From Thermodesulfobacteriota bacterium (GTDB lineage Bacteria; Desulfobacterota; WTBG01; JAGOGO01): a stretch of 32,000 nt of DNA. Within the stretch, counting starts at the first letter, position 1. Every line of letters begins with the position of its first letter. The DNA lies in the NCBI GenBank assembly GCA_026625185.1, contig CP113000.1, positions 2,385,622-2,417,621 of the forward strand. The letters run 5' to 3'. Shown here piece after piece: positions 16,822 through 24,595 of this stretch. The position numbers and the translations under genes are program-made. The notes under the pieces are model-generated. The model worked only from the letters and a program-made list of their open reading frames with translations. It ran no database searches and was not told where the DNA came from.

Positions 16822-17253
16822 TTAGTTACAACCAAAAAGAGACGATAGGACGGCTTGTCGCCCTTCTGGAACTTGATAGTTACCACCATCTTGGATTCGG
16901 CTTCCAATTGGGTAGGTATGAATCGTGAAACCGAAAATAGCTGGTGGATTTGGAAGCAACTTACAAATTCTTTCAGCAAAAACTCGAGCTCCCTCAAAAG
17001 AAGTGTTGTAGAGCAAAACCCCGATATGATGATTCTTGAACCACCCCACTTCGTCAGTAGAACGTAGCTCCTTGGCAACCACCTGAAATATTCGGTTTCC
17101 AAGCTCTATATTGGTTTCAAAGTCGCCGATGCCGAACTCAACCACTGAAAAAATTTGATTACTCCGTTCTGAGCGGGCAAGTTCCCGTCCCAGAATGCAA
17201 CTAAAAGTTTCCCGAGACCAACAGGTTCTTTCTTTTATTCTTTTTCTTTTCAT
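16822..17253 (-). CDS. small single-domain protein with a degenerate GGDEF fold (no GGDEF motif)
   Basis: The track ORF is 16822-17364. I prefer ATG 17253 because the longer version would run through the sigma-54 promoter. SRETFSCILGRELARSERSNQIFSVVEFGIGDFE..FQVVAKELRSTDEVGWFKNHHIGVLLYNTSFEGARVFAERI aligns to the GGDEF-domain layout. FKNHH replaces the GG(D/E)EF active site. Confidence 0.6.
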   Translation of the reverse strand: MKRKRIKERTCWSRETFSCILGRELARSERSNQIFSVVEFGIGDFETNIELGNRIFQVVAKELRSTDEVGWFKNHHIGVLLYNTSFEGARVFAERICKLLPNPPAIFGFTIHTYPIGSRIQDGGNYQVPEGRQAVLSSLFGCN

Positions 17254-17313
17254 GCCTTGCCACCCTGCTTTTTTTCTTTCTATGGGGCGATTATATTCTC
17301 GGTTACTTACCCA

Positions 17314-17329
17314 TGCAAAGCATGTGCCA
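17314..17329 (-). promoter_or_regulatory. sigma-54 (-24/-12) promoter
   Basis: The minus strand reads TGGCACATGCTTTGCA. This matches the consensus TGGCACG-N4-TTGCW at every fixed position except the G following TGGCAC, with the correct GG-N10-GC spacing. It lies ~60 nt upstream of ATG 17253. Confidence 0.6.
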
Positions 17330-18076
17330 CCATTAAAAATATAGTAATTATATAAAATATTCAATTAGTTATGAGAATAAGCAATAAGAAACGTCCAATT
17401 GAAAACAAGCCCATTTTGTAACAAAAATTTACCCAAATAGTATAATCAAAAAATTATCTTATTTATTTCAATTGGTTTGTGTTCCTGCCGAAGTGACAAA
17501 TTTTGTTAATAGTAAAAAGTGAGCTTGAGGTAAGCGGTCTTCCCCTTAGGATACCTTTCTTTGATAAGTCCGGTAACTATTTCCCTTGCCTGTTTATGAA
17601 AGGGAGTCTGTTTGGTCTTCTTCCCTGTGGTGATTGCGTAACTCAATATTCTTACTAATCATTTTATATCATGTTAAAAATTTTTTTTAGCACAATTTTT
17701 TTAGCTTGCAACTGAACGGGTCCTTTTTATTTTTCGGGCTACCTACTCCCTTTTCAAATACTCCAAATCGTTTATAAGGGAAGACTAGTCAGGAGAGAGG
17801 TTCAAGAAAAAAAATCCTTTTTATTGAGTGTGAAGACAATAAAAAAGATTCCTTTATTTATTTAAATTACTTTATATAATAACTAAGAATGAAGTCCTTC
17901 TCGGGTCGAAATTTTTATTTCACCCCAAACACCAAAAAAGCTTCCTTTTTTGTTACAATTTTTGCAACCTAACAGGCCAACACACCATAAAACAAGAGGG
18001 AAAGCCAAAAAGGTTTTCCTTCAATTTCATTAGCTTTTCCCGAATACCAGATACAATTAAAAACAACCAAATCTGA

Positions 18077-18131
18077 CTCACACCGTGGAAGTCACTGGTT
18101 CGAATCCAGTACCGCCCATAAATAAAATCAA
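18077..18131 (+). repeat. island-bounding direct repeat, right copy (attR-like; orphan tRNA-Val 3' fragment)
   Basis: CTCACACCGTGGAAGTCACTGGTTCGAATCCAGTACCGCCCATAAATAAAATCAA. It covers only the anticodon loop to the 3' end, and no 5' half is present upstream. Confidence 0.75.
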
Positions 18132-18397
18132 TGGGTTACAAGATTTATTCGGTAACCCCTTTTTGTTTTTGGCTACAATTCTGCTGCCATTTTGCGGTCG
18201 TAACCAGCAAAAACAGGATAAAACAAGCGGCAAAACGTTTTTTCCTCTTGTCTATTGGTTTTTACCGAAAAACAGCTACCGCCAAAAACTACCAAACCGG
18301 CCTTAACATCAAAAAGCCCAATTTGCGGCACCAGCTTTATAGGGGCGGATAAAAGATAGAAAAAAAAGAGAGTGCCGGGGAGCATCCGGACCCCTGG

Positions 18398-19255
18398 TTA
18401 CCATTTTATTTTTTTATTTCTTAAAATGTCTTGTGCCCCTTCATCGCCTGATTTTGCGGCTGCTTTCCAATCCTCAAGTGCCTGCTGCGGATTACCAAGT
18501 TTGTTGTAAGTATTTCCCCGACACCGATAGGCTTCTGCAAACTTAGGGTCCAGTTCGATCGCTCGGTTAAAATCCTTGATGGCCTGCTGGTAGTCACCAA
18601 GTTCATGGTAGGTATTTCCCCGGCCCCAATATGCCTCCGCAAGCTTAGGGTCCAGTTCGATCGCCCGGTTAAAATCCTTGATGGCCTGCTGGTAGTCACC
18701 AAGTCCGTGGTAAGTATTTCCCAGTTTGAAATAACCCACTGCAGCTTCTTGTGTTTTTTTCGATTGACCCTTTAAGGCACACTCTTTTAAAAGAATGTTG
18801 CCCTCTTCAACTTTGCCTTCACACCTACCGATGATGGTGATTTGCATCCCACTGATTATCTGGGCGAGAGCGGTATCATCCCCCTTAGTGAAGAAACATT
18901 GAATCTTAAAAACCATAACCCCGGTTTCGAGGGTTACATAAACAGGATTACCACTGTCCTTACCAACATTGGCGACAATTCCCGTGACTGCGAGCAATTT
19001 CTCTTTGTACCGTGCATTGGCAGCAGTTTGATTGTTTTGATATTCAGCCATAAGTTTGTCGGCGGCTATACTGATTGGCCTTTCTGCTGCTCGCGAGCCG
19101 GCACCCAGAATCAAAAATTCTAAAGCTATAACCAGGGCAAAGATAGTCCCAACTTTCAAGCTTATTTTATGCCTTCTCGCCCTATGGTGGTTCAGGGAAC
19201 GAATTATTTGCAATAATTTTCTCCACTGGGTTATCCAACCACTCGTCGTCTTCAT
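18398..19255 (-). CDS. membrane-anchored protein with an OB-fold (tRNA_anti-like type) region and three TPR repeats
   Basis: 285-aa ORF. It has a TM segment (VGTIFALVIALEFLILGAG), then LMAEYQNNQTAANARYKEKLLAVTGIVANVG..VYVTLE..IQCFF, which is typical of the tRNA_anti-like OB-fold family. This is followed by the TPR units YHGLGDYQQAIKDFNRAIELDPKLAEAYWGRGNT / YHELGDYQQAIKDFNRAIELDPKFAEAYRCRGNT / YNKLGNPQQALEDW. Confidence 0.8.
   Translation of the reverse strand: MKTTSGWITQWRKLLQIIRSLNHHRARRHKISLKVGTIFALVIALEFLILGAGSRAAERPISIAADKLMAEYQNNQTAANARYKEKLLAVTGIVANVGKDSGNPVYVTLETGVMVFKIQCFFTKGDDTALAQIISGMQITIIGRCEGKVEEGNILLKECALKGQSKKTQEAAVGYFKLGNTYHGLGDYQQAIKDFNRAIELDPKLAEAYWGRGNTYHELGDYQQAIKDFNRAIELDPKFAEAYRCRGNTYNKLGNPQQALEDWKAAAKSGDEGAQDILRNKKIKW
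18542..18745. repeat. 102-bp tandem repeat (two TPR units) inside the CDS
   Basis: CTTAGGGTCCAGTTCGATCGC..GGTAGTCACCAAGT recurs with a 102-nt offset (18542 and 18644). About 70 nt are nearly identical. Confidence 0.8.
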
Positions 19256-19284
19256 ATTCTTCTAAGAAAGGAATGTAGTTCTTT

Positions 19285-19414
19285 TACCCCGTTAGAAAGG
19301 CCCCGCTTGCCCGGTTAGATATCAAATATAACGGGGCAAGCGGGGTTAGATTAAAGATTCTTACACTTTTTCACACGGGGTAAATGCCCCGGGTGAAAGA
19401 CTTATAACGGGGTT
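19285..19414. repeat. MITE/REP-like structured intergenic repeat, long copy
   Basis: Terminal inverted repeats TACCCCGTTAG / ATAACGGGGTT. There are two internal hairpins: CCCCGCTTGCCCGGTTA..TAACGGGGCAAGCGGGG, and TTTCACACGGGG-TAAATG-CCCCGGGTGAAA. It is homologous to 5031-5131. Confidence 0.65.
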
Positions 19415-19777
19415 TACTTGGTTTTTCTCAATGATTTTAAACAAGAAAAACTATTTTTTTCTCATTCAATAACGCTTTCAAGAAAAAATGGTTTTTTTCA
19501 GGCCTTACAAAAAAGGCTATCACCTTTTTATCAGGCAATCCAGACTTCTTTACCTGACAGCATCATGAAGTCTCTCTGCCCTCCAATTTGTACCTTTGGG
19601 TTGCCGGTTCATTAAACCTTGTTTTAAAGCTTTTTTTATAAAATTACATTAAATTTTCATTGTTTACATTCAAAACTTTCCTGCTGACATTTTGCTGCGT
19701 TAATAAATCATAACAAGAAGAAACAAGGGATAACAAGGGAAAGTAAAGTTGCCAATTTTTTTATTCCTTCCGGTGAT

Positions 19778-19910
19778 CCTTCTTTAAAGCCGTGGCAAAA
19801 TGCCGCTTGACCATATTGCTATAATTTCATCGGTTGACCCGCTTCATTGCGGAATATTAAATCAAGATTACTTTTTGGACAGGCAAGTTTCCACTTTAGG
19901 CTCCAGAATT
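19778..19910 (-). pseudogene. fragment of a second, related integrase gene
   Basis: Aligns base-for-base with integrase region 11109-11242 at roughly 85 percent identity by hand (CTTCTTTAAAG..CGCTTGACCATATTGCT..CATCGGTTGAC..ACTTTTTGGACAGG.AAGTTTCCACTTT). It carries a 1-nt insertion and a 2-nt deletion that break the frame. Confidence 0.7.
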
Positions 19911-19919
19911 CTTCAAGGT

Positions 19920-20408
19920 TTAATTTGTCTCCTTGCAAATGGCTTCAATGAGTGTAACTCCTTTGCTGTCGGGAAATAAATCCTCCAATTGATTCTCCTT
20001 ATCAGTACCCGAGAACCAGACTAAATCACCGTTAGTGACATAAAGGGACATAGATATTATTTTAGCCACATTCTTTGAGCAATTAATTTCTTCTTTCTGA
20101 ATGAAGAACCTGGTATCAAGAAGCTCATTTGTTAATCTAATTATTTTTACTCCATTGATAACCATAGTTTCTTTTTTTTTAAACACTTTTGGAAACTTTT
20201 TTATAAACTTTTCCCGCTCCTTGTCGCTCAATATCCACTTTGTCCATACCAAGGTAGTATCCTGCCCGTGAGAAACGCCCTGGGTATCATAGAACCACTC
20301 GCCGCCGGTTGGAGCTGTGAAAATATATTTCCAATCAGAACCATACCCTACCGATGAGAGCAACATCAGAACCATTGTGGTAAGAATTATTTTTCCCACC
20401 TTTTCCAT
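19920..20408 (-). CDS. secreted protein of unknown function
   Basis: 162-aa ORF with a signal-peptide-like start (MEKVGKIILTTMVLMLLSSVGYG). It begins 23 nt downstream of the hybrid kinase gene, on the same strand. Confidence 0.65.
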   Translation of the reverse strand: MEKVGKIILTTMVLMLLSSVGYGSDWKYIFTAPTGGEWFYDTQGVSHGQDTTLVWTKWILSDKEREKFIKKFPKVFKKKETMVINGVKIIRLTNELLDTRFFIQKEEINCSKNVAKIISMSLYVTNGDLVWFSGTDKENQLEDLFPDSKGVTLIEAICKETN

Positions 20409-20431
20409 TTTCGTTATTCCCTTTCCTTTTA

Positions 20432-22657
20432 TTATTTATCGAGTTCAAGCCGGACAGCCTGGCCGATTTTTTCTAACAGATATGGTTTCTTTAAGTATGT
20501 TCCGGCACCAAGTTTTTGGACTTCTTTGACTCGTTCGGTTTCAGAAAATCCGCTTACAATGATCGCCTTCTGCTTAGGATGCGCTTGAAGAATTCTTTTG
20601 TAGGTCTCAAGACCATCAATGCCTGGGTCCATAATCATATCCAGAACCAATAGATTTACGAAATTGTTTTTCAGGTACTCCACCGCTTCCTCACCGCTTG
20701 CAACTGAGGTGACCGCGTAGCCCAATTTTGTTAACATGAGTGAGGCTATCTCTCTTTGCTCTTTTACATCATCGACAATCAAGATCGATTCTCCCTTGCC
20801 GTTATATTCTGCCAAGCGCAAGGGCGTCTTACCTTGAACTAATTCCTGTCTGGTCGCCGGAAAGTAAAGAGTAAAGGTCGTGCCTTTTCCTTCAATACTT
20901 TGAACATCAATATATCCGTTATGGTCTTTTACCGTTCCCCATACCACCGTCATCCCTAATCCTGTTCCGCTTCTTCCCAGTATCTTTTTCGTATAAAAAG
21001 GTTCAAATATTTTTTCTCTGTCTTCTAAAGAAATGCCCTTTCCGGTATCGGAAACAGTCAGCACCACATATTCACCCGTCTGGATATCGTCATAACCAGT
21101 TATTGGTCGGTCAAGGTAGATGTTTTCTGTTGTTATAAAAATTTTTCCCCCATCCGGCATGGCTTCTGCGGCATTAGAAACGAGGTTCATAATGGTTTTG
21201 GATAAATGAATGGGGGAACCTACAATGTTTAACAGATTGGTTTCAAGATTAGTTTCAAAACAAACGTTAGGGTGAAACGCTTTTAATTTTTTATTTTCAA
21301 GCGATCTCAGATAATCAGATATGATGTTGTTTAGATTCGCTACGACAGAAATAGACACTCCTCTTCTTGCTAAGGTTAACAGGTCCTGCACCATTGCAGC
21401 GGCTTTTTCTCCCGACTGTTGTATGGTTACGATAGACTCTCGTAAAGGGCTGTCCTGCGGAATTTGCATTAACAACAACTGAGGATACCCCACAATACCA
21501 CACAAAACATTATTGAGGTCGTGAGCTACTCCTCCAGCCAGGGTTCCGATTGCCTCCATCTTCTGAGCGCGTTGGAGCTTGGCTTCGAGGTTCTGTCTTT
21601 CTTTGTCCGCTCGTTCCAGTGCATTTAGCATCCGGTTAATCTGGTCGGTCAAAATCGAGAATTCGTTCGTTCTTACGGTCGGCAAACGCTTCGTTGGGTC
21701 ACGGTTTTCAGCAATTTGGTTAACGCTATTACCGAGTAAAACCAGCGGCGAAAGGACTTTCCTTTCTAAAAGGACCATGATGATTACGGCAAACACAACC
21801 GTGGTAACTAAAAGCCATATGACGAAATAAAAAATGGTGATTTTACCTTGCTTATATATTTTTCTGGGCGTCTCGACTTTCAGCAGAAGAACGGGCTTTC
21901 CATAAATATCTTTAAGCAGGGTATACCCCCCGATAAAGTTGTTGTTAACGGGGCGGGCGATAATTGATGACTTTTTTGATAACAGGGCATCTGCTGTTGT
22001 TTGGAGGTCGGAAGACAAATGTTCTCCGCTGAGCCGATGTATCGTGACCGGCAATCGAATTATTTTTGCCAGATGGTCAATTTCTGAGAAATCCAGATAA
22101 CGTCCCATAATCAGAGTTCCCCGAATAGGGCCTTCCCCCGTACCCGTCAGAATTGGCCGTGAGGCAATGAGTACCGGCCCCTCAGGAAGAAGGACGATCC
22201 CCGTTATGCTGTTTTCTTTGTTGGAATGGCGCACAATTGGGTTTTGAGAAGAGAGGATGTTTATTAAGTTTTGGGAAACAGGTATTGGCTCTTCTTTATG
22301 AAGATCGAAGCCTTGGCTCAACCGAATCTGGCCAGATTCATTAATGAAAACCATAAAGTTAACTTTTAAGTTGGTAAAGCTCGCATCGACCAAATTAACC
22401 TTGATATAATTTTGGTTACCATTCATTATGAAATTATAGGTTTCGTCCCACTGAGCCCAATCACTAGTAGAATCATTTATTTTCGATATCTCCCTGGAGA
22501 GGAGGTTCTCGGTTCGTTTAACCTCATTGGCGACTTCATGTTGCTCAAGCTCAATAAAGCTTTGGAGTAAGACGCATTCGGAAGTTAGGTAAAGAACTAT
22601 GAACAGAATAACGAACGTTACAGCAATTGTAATCAGTGTCTTTTTGCGGAGTAACAT
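20432..22657 (-). CDS. hybrid sensor histidine kinase (CHASE4-like sensor, HAMP, HisKA, HATPase_c, receiver)
   Basis: The track ORF is 20432-22756. I prefer ATG 22657, where MLLRKKTLITIAVTFVILFIVLYL forms TM1. It has the CHASE4-type signature DWAQWDETYNFI..NFMVFINESGQI, a second TM plus HAMP, an H-box GGVAHDLNNVL, ATPase motifs DTGKGI..GTGLGMTVV..GKGTTF, and a receiver ILIVDD..VLDMIMDPGIDG..LKKP. Confidence 0.88.
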   Translation of the reverse strand: MLLRKKTLITIAVTFVILFIVLYLTSECVLLQSFIELEQHEVANEVKRTENLLSREISKINDSTSDWAQWDETYNFIMNGNQNYIKVNLVDASFTNLKVNFMVFINESGQIRLSQGFDLHKEEPIPVSQNLINILSSQNPIVRHSNKENSITGIVLLPEGPVLIASRPILTGTGEGPIRGTLIMGRYLDFSEIDHLAKIIRLPVTIHRLSGEHLSSDLQTTADALLSKKSSIIARPVNNNFIGGYTLLKDIYGKPVLLLKVETPRKIYKQGKITIFYFVIWLLVTTVVFAVIIMVLLERKVLSPLVLLGNSVNQIAENRDPTKRLPTVRTNEFSILTDQINRMLNALERADKERQNLEAKLQRAQKMEAIGTLAGGVAHDLNNVLCGIVGYPQLLLMQIPQDSPLRESIVTIQQSGEKAAAMVQDLLTLARRGVSISVVANLNNIISDYLRSLENKKLKAFHPNVCFETNLETNLLNIVGSPIHLSKTIMNLVSNAAEAMPDGGKIFITTENIYLDRPITGYDDIQTGEYVVLTVSDTGKGISLEDREKIFEPFYTKKILGRSGTGLGMTVVWGTVKDHNGYIDVQSIEGKGTTFTLYFPATRQELVQGKTPLRLAEYNGKGESILIVDDVKEQREIASLMLTKLGYAVTSVASGEEAVEYLKNNFVNLLVLDMIMDPGIDGLETYKRILQAHPKQKAIIVSGFSETERVKEVQKLGAGTYLKKPYLLEKIGQAVRLELDK

Positions 22658-22819
22658 AGGTCTGCCTTTAGATTGTTTTTTGAAAAAAACTTTTCCTCTT
22701 TTGCCGGTTAATTTCACCCACTGATAATTTAAGGTAAAACACATAGCTTCAAACACTCATCGAACACCACAAAAGTAATTAGTTTTTTATTATTAAACCT
22801 GTTGGTTGAGATTGTCACG

Positions 22820-23149
22820 TTATCCGGCTGCAGGAGCGGTATAAGTATTTTGACGAGTAGGGGGGATATATGCAGTGCATTTATATCCGGTTTCCTCAAC
22901 ACCATCAATCAGTAGGCCATTGACTCCACATATTGAAAGATTTGTTTCATTGTCCGTATAAAAATTTTGACCACTTCTATCTATGTTCCTTATGATTAGA
23001 TTCGTTATATTTGTATCGGGGAAATATATCGGGCGTTGGGTATTACCATTAAGCCATGGTTTTGTACCCTCTCTATTATCTTCAATGGTCAGGGTATTAG
23101 TTATCCTAACGCAAATTATGTGCCAACATGTTGAGATTGCAATAATTTT
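22820..23149 (-). pseudogene. start-less 109-codon open frame (possible 3' remnant of a gene)
   Basis: The minus-strand frame is open for 109 codons: KIIAISTCWHIICVRITNTLTIEDNREGTKPWLNGNTQRPIYFPDTNITNLIIRNIDRSGQNFYTDNETNLSICGVNGLLIDGVEETGYKCTAYIPPTRQNTYTAPAAG*. It contains no ATG, GTG or TTG codon, so it is absent from the ORF track. A run this long is unlikely by chance in AT-rich DNA. Confidence 0.3.
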
Positions 23150-23797
23150 TTAATTTGTGTCATCTTGACATGGTGGGATATTTTTTGACGGATTTTAATA
23201 CAAAAAATATTAAACGGCTTGTCTCCGGGAAACAAACAAAAAATGAAATTATTCTTAAATCTTAATATGTTCATTTAATTTTTTTAAAGTTTTTTTTAAG
23301 CCTTATTTTTCTAAGAAAAGTGCCACCAAGAAGGTTTTTGAGATGAAATCTTACTATAAAAAAATTAAAATGTTAGTGGAAAAAATTCAAGTAAAAAATA
23401 AAAAAAATGAAATTTTTGGTTAGAGATTAAGGCGGGTTTTAGTCAAAACATGGCATTAAATTTACAAAAATTGGCACAAAATGATCCTTTTATTTGGCTT
23501 TTAAAGTCTTCGCTTATTCCTTTTTCACCCAGACCAACAAAAAAATGGAAACTAACTACCCAAAACTGCTTTGAGCGGAAATGGGTAAGAATTTAATGAT
23601 AGCAGCAAGGACTTCATCTATGGACGCCACCGTCACGCCGCCGTGAAATATAATTATGTAATTTGTCACTCATACTTTCGTTTAAGTACCTGAGAAGAAA
23701 CACCGGCGATCATCCAAGCATCCTATCTTCTGATCTTCCCCAACCCCTTCCCATCGATTCCGCTTGACACCTGCAATAATTAAAGTTACCATAAATC

Positions 23798-24291
<494 letters not shown>

Positions 24292-24528
24292 GAAAAATAT
24301 TGCGTTACTAAGTTCAATCTTCACGTTTTGTTACCCTTAATCTTAATCCCTAAAACTAAACCCTTTCGCCCTGCTCCTCATTCTTCGCAAATAACTTAAG
24401 CCCTGTTTACCGGGTATTGAATCCCCTCTAGAGGGGAATTAAGAAAACTTCTGAAATCTACCCACTCGATAAGGAGAAGAATCATTTTGAAAAGTAATTC
24501 TTTTTTAAAATAGTTTTACTTCCAAAAA

Positions 24529-24559
24529 CAAAAAAGGCCTCGAATTGAGGCCTTTTTTT
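24529..24559. terminator. bidirectional intrinsic terminator candidate
   Basis: AAAAAAGGCCTCGAATTGAGGCCTTTTTTT. The stem is GGCCTC/GAGGCC, with an A-run on one side and a T-run on the other. It lies between convergent genes. Confidence 0.65.
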
Positions 24560-24595
24560 AAAAAGTGTTTTTAAATGTGGACTGGTGATTCCCCT

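Noticed and set aside
16822-17364. Longer start choices given by the ORF track: 17364 for the GGDEF-like gene, 22756 for the hybrid kinase, 26274 for the PEP-CTERM-like gene, 10646 for MTAP, 30240 for gatA and 23878 for DUF2442.
   Set aside because: In each case an internal ATG has a better Shine-Dalgarno sequence or gives the canonical N-terminus or signal peptide. The extension either overlaps a promoter or neighbouring gene, or reads as junk.
17506-17646. 46-aa minus-strand ORF with a TTG start: SYAITTGKKTKQTPFHKQAREIVTGLIKERYPKGKTAYLKL. It is faintly reminiscent of the KTGK..PL segment of tyrosine recombinases.
   Set aside because: It is too short and the resemblance is too vague to support a call without a profile search.
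14160-18076. Search for a CRISPR array among the island's repeats.
   Set aside because: The repeats are irregular in length and spacing (~318 nt), diverged from each other, and end in terminator-like hairpins. There are no short identical direct repeats with uniform spacers, and there are no cas genes.
18167-18182. TGGCTACAATTCTGCT, with correct GG-N10-GC spacing.
   Set aside because: It lies in the integrase-relic DNA with no downstream plus-strand gene, and both hexamers are imperfect.
18085-18385. ORFs 18085-18306 (+), 18131-18352 (+) and 18173-18385 (-).
   Set aside because: They start inside or next to the orphan tRNA fragment, overlap each other, lack RBSs and read as low-complexity sequence. 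The region is better explained as the att site plus integrase 3'-end relic.
23472-23487. Perfect TGGCAC hexamer (TTGGCACAAAATGATCC). A second TGGCAT lies 24 nt upstream.
   Set aside because: There is no GC at the -12 position in either case, and no plus-strand gene within 300 nt.
23560-23680. Short minus-strand frame reading ..IIIFHGGVTVASIDEVLAAIIKFLP.. in the AT-rich gap. It looks like a protein fragment.
   Set aside because: It spans under 40 codons and I could not assign a family. It may be another gene relic, but it is not supportable.
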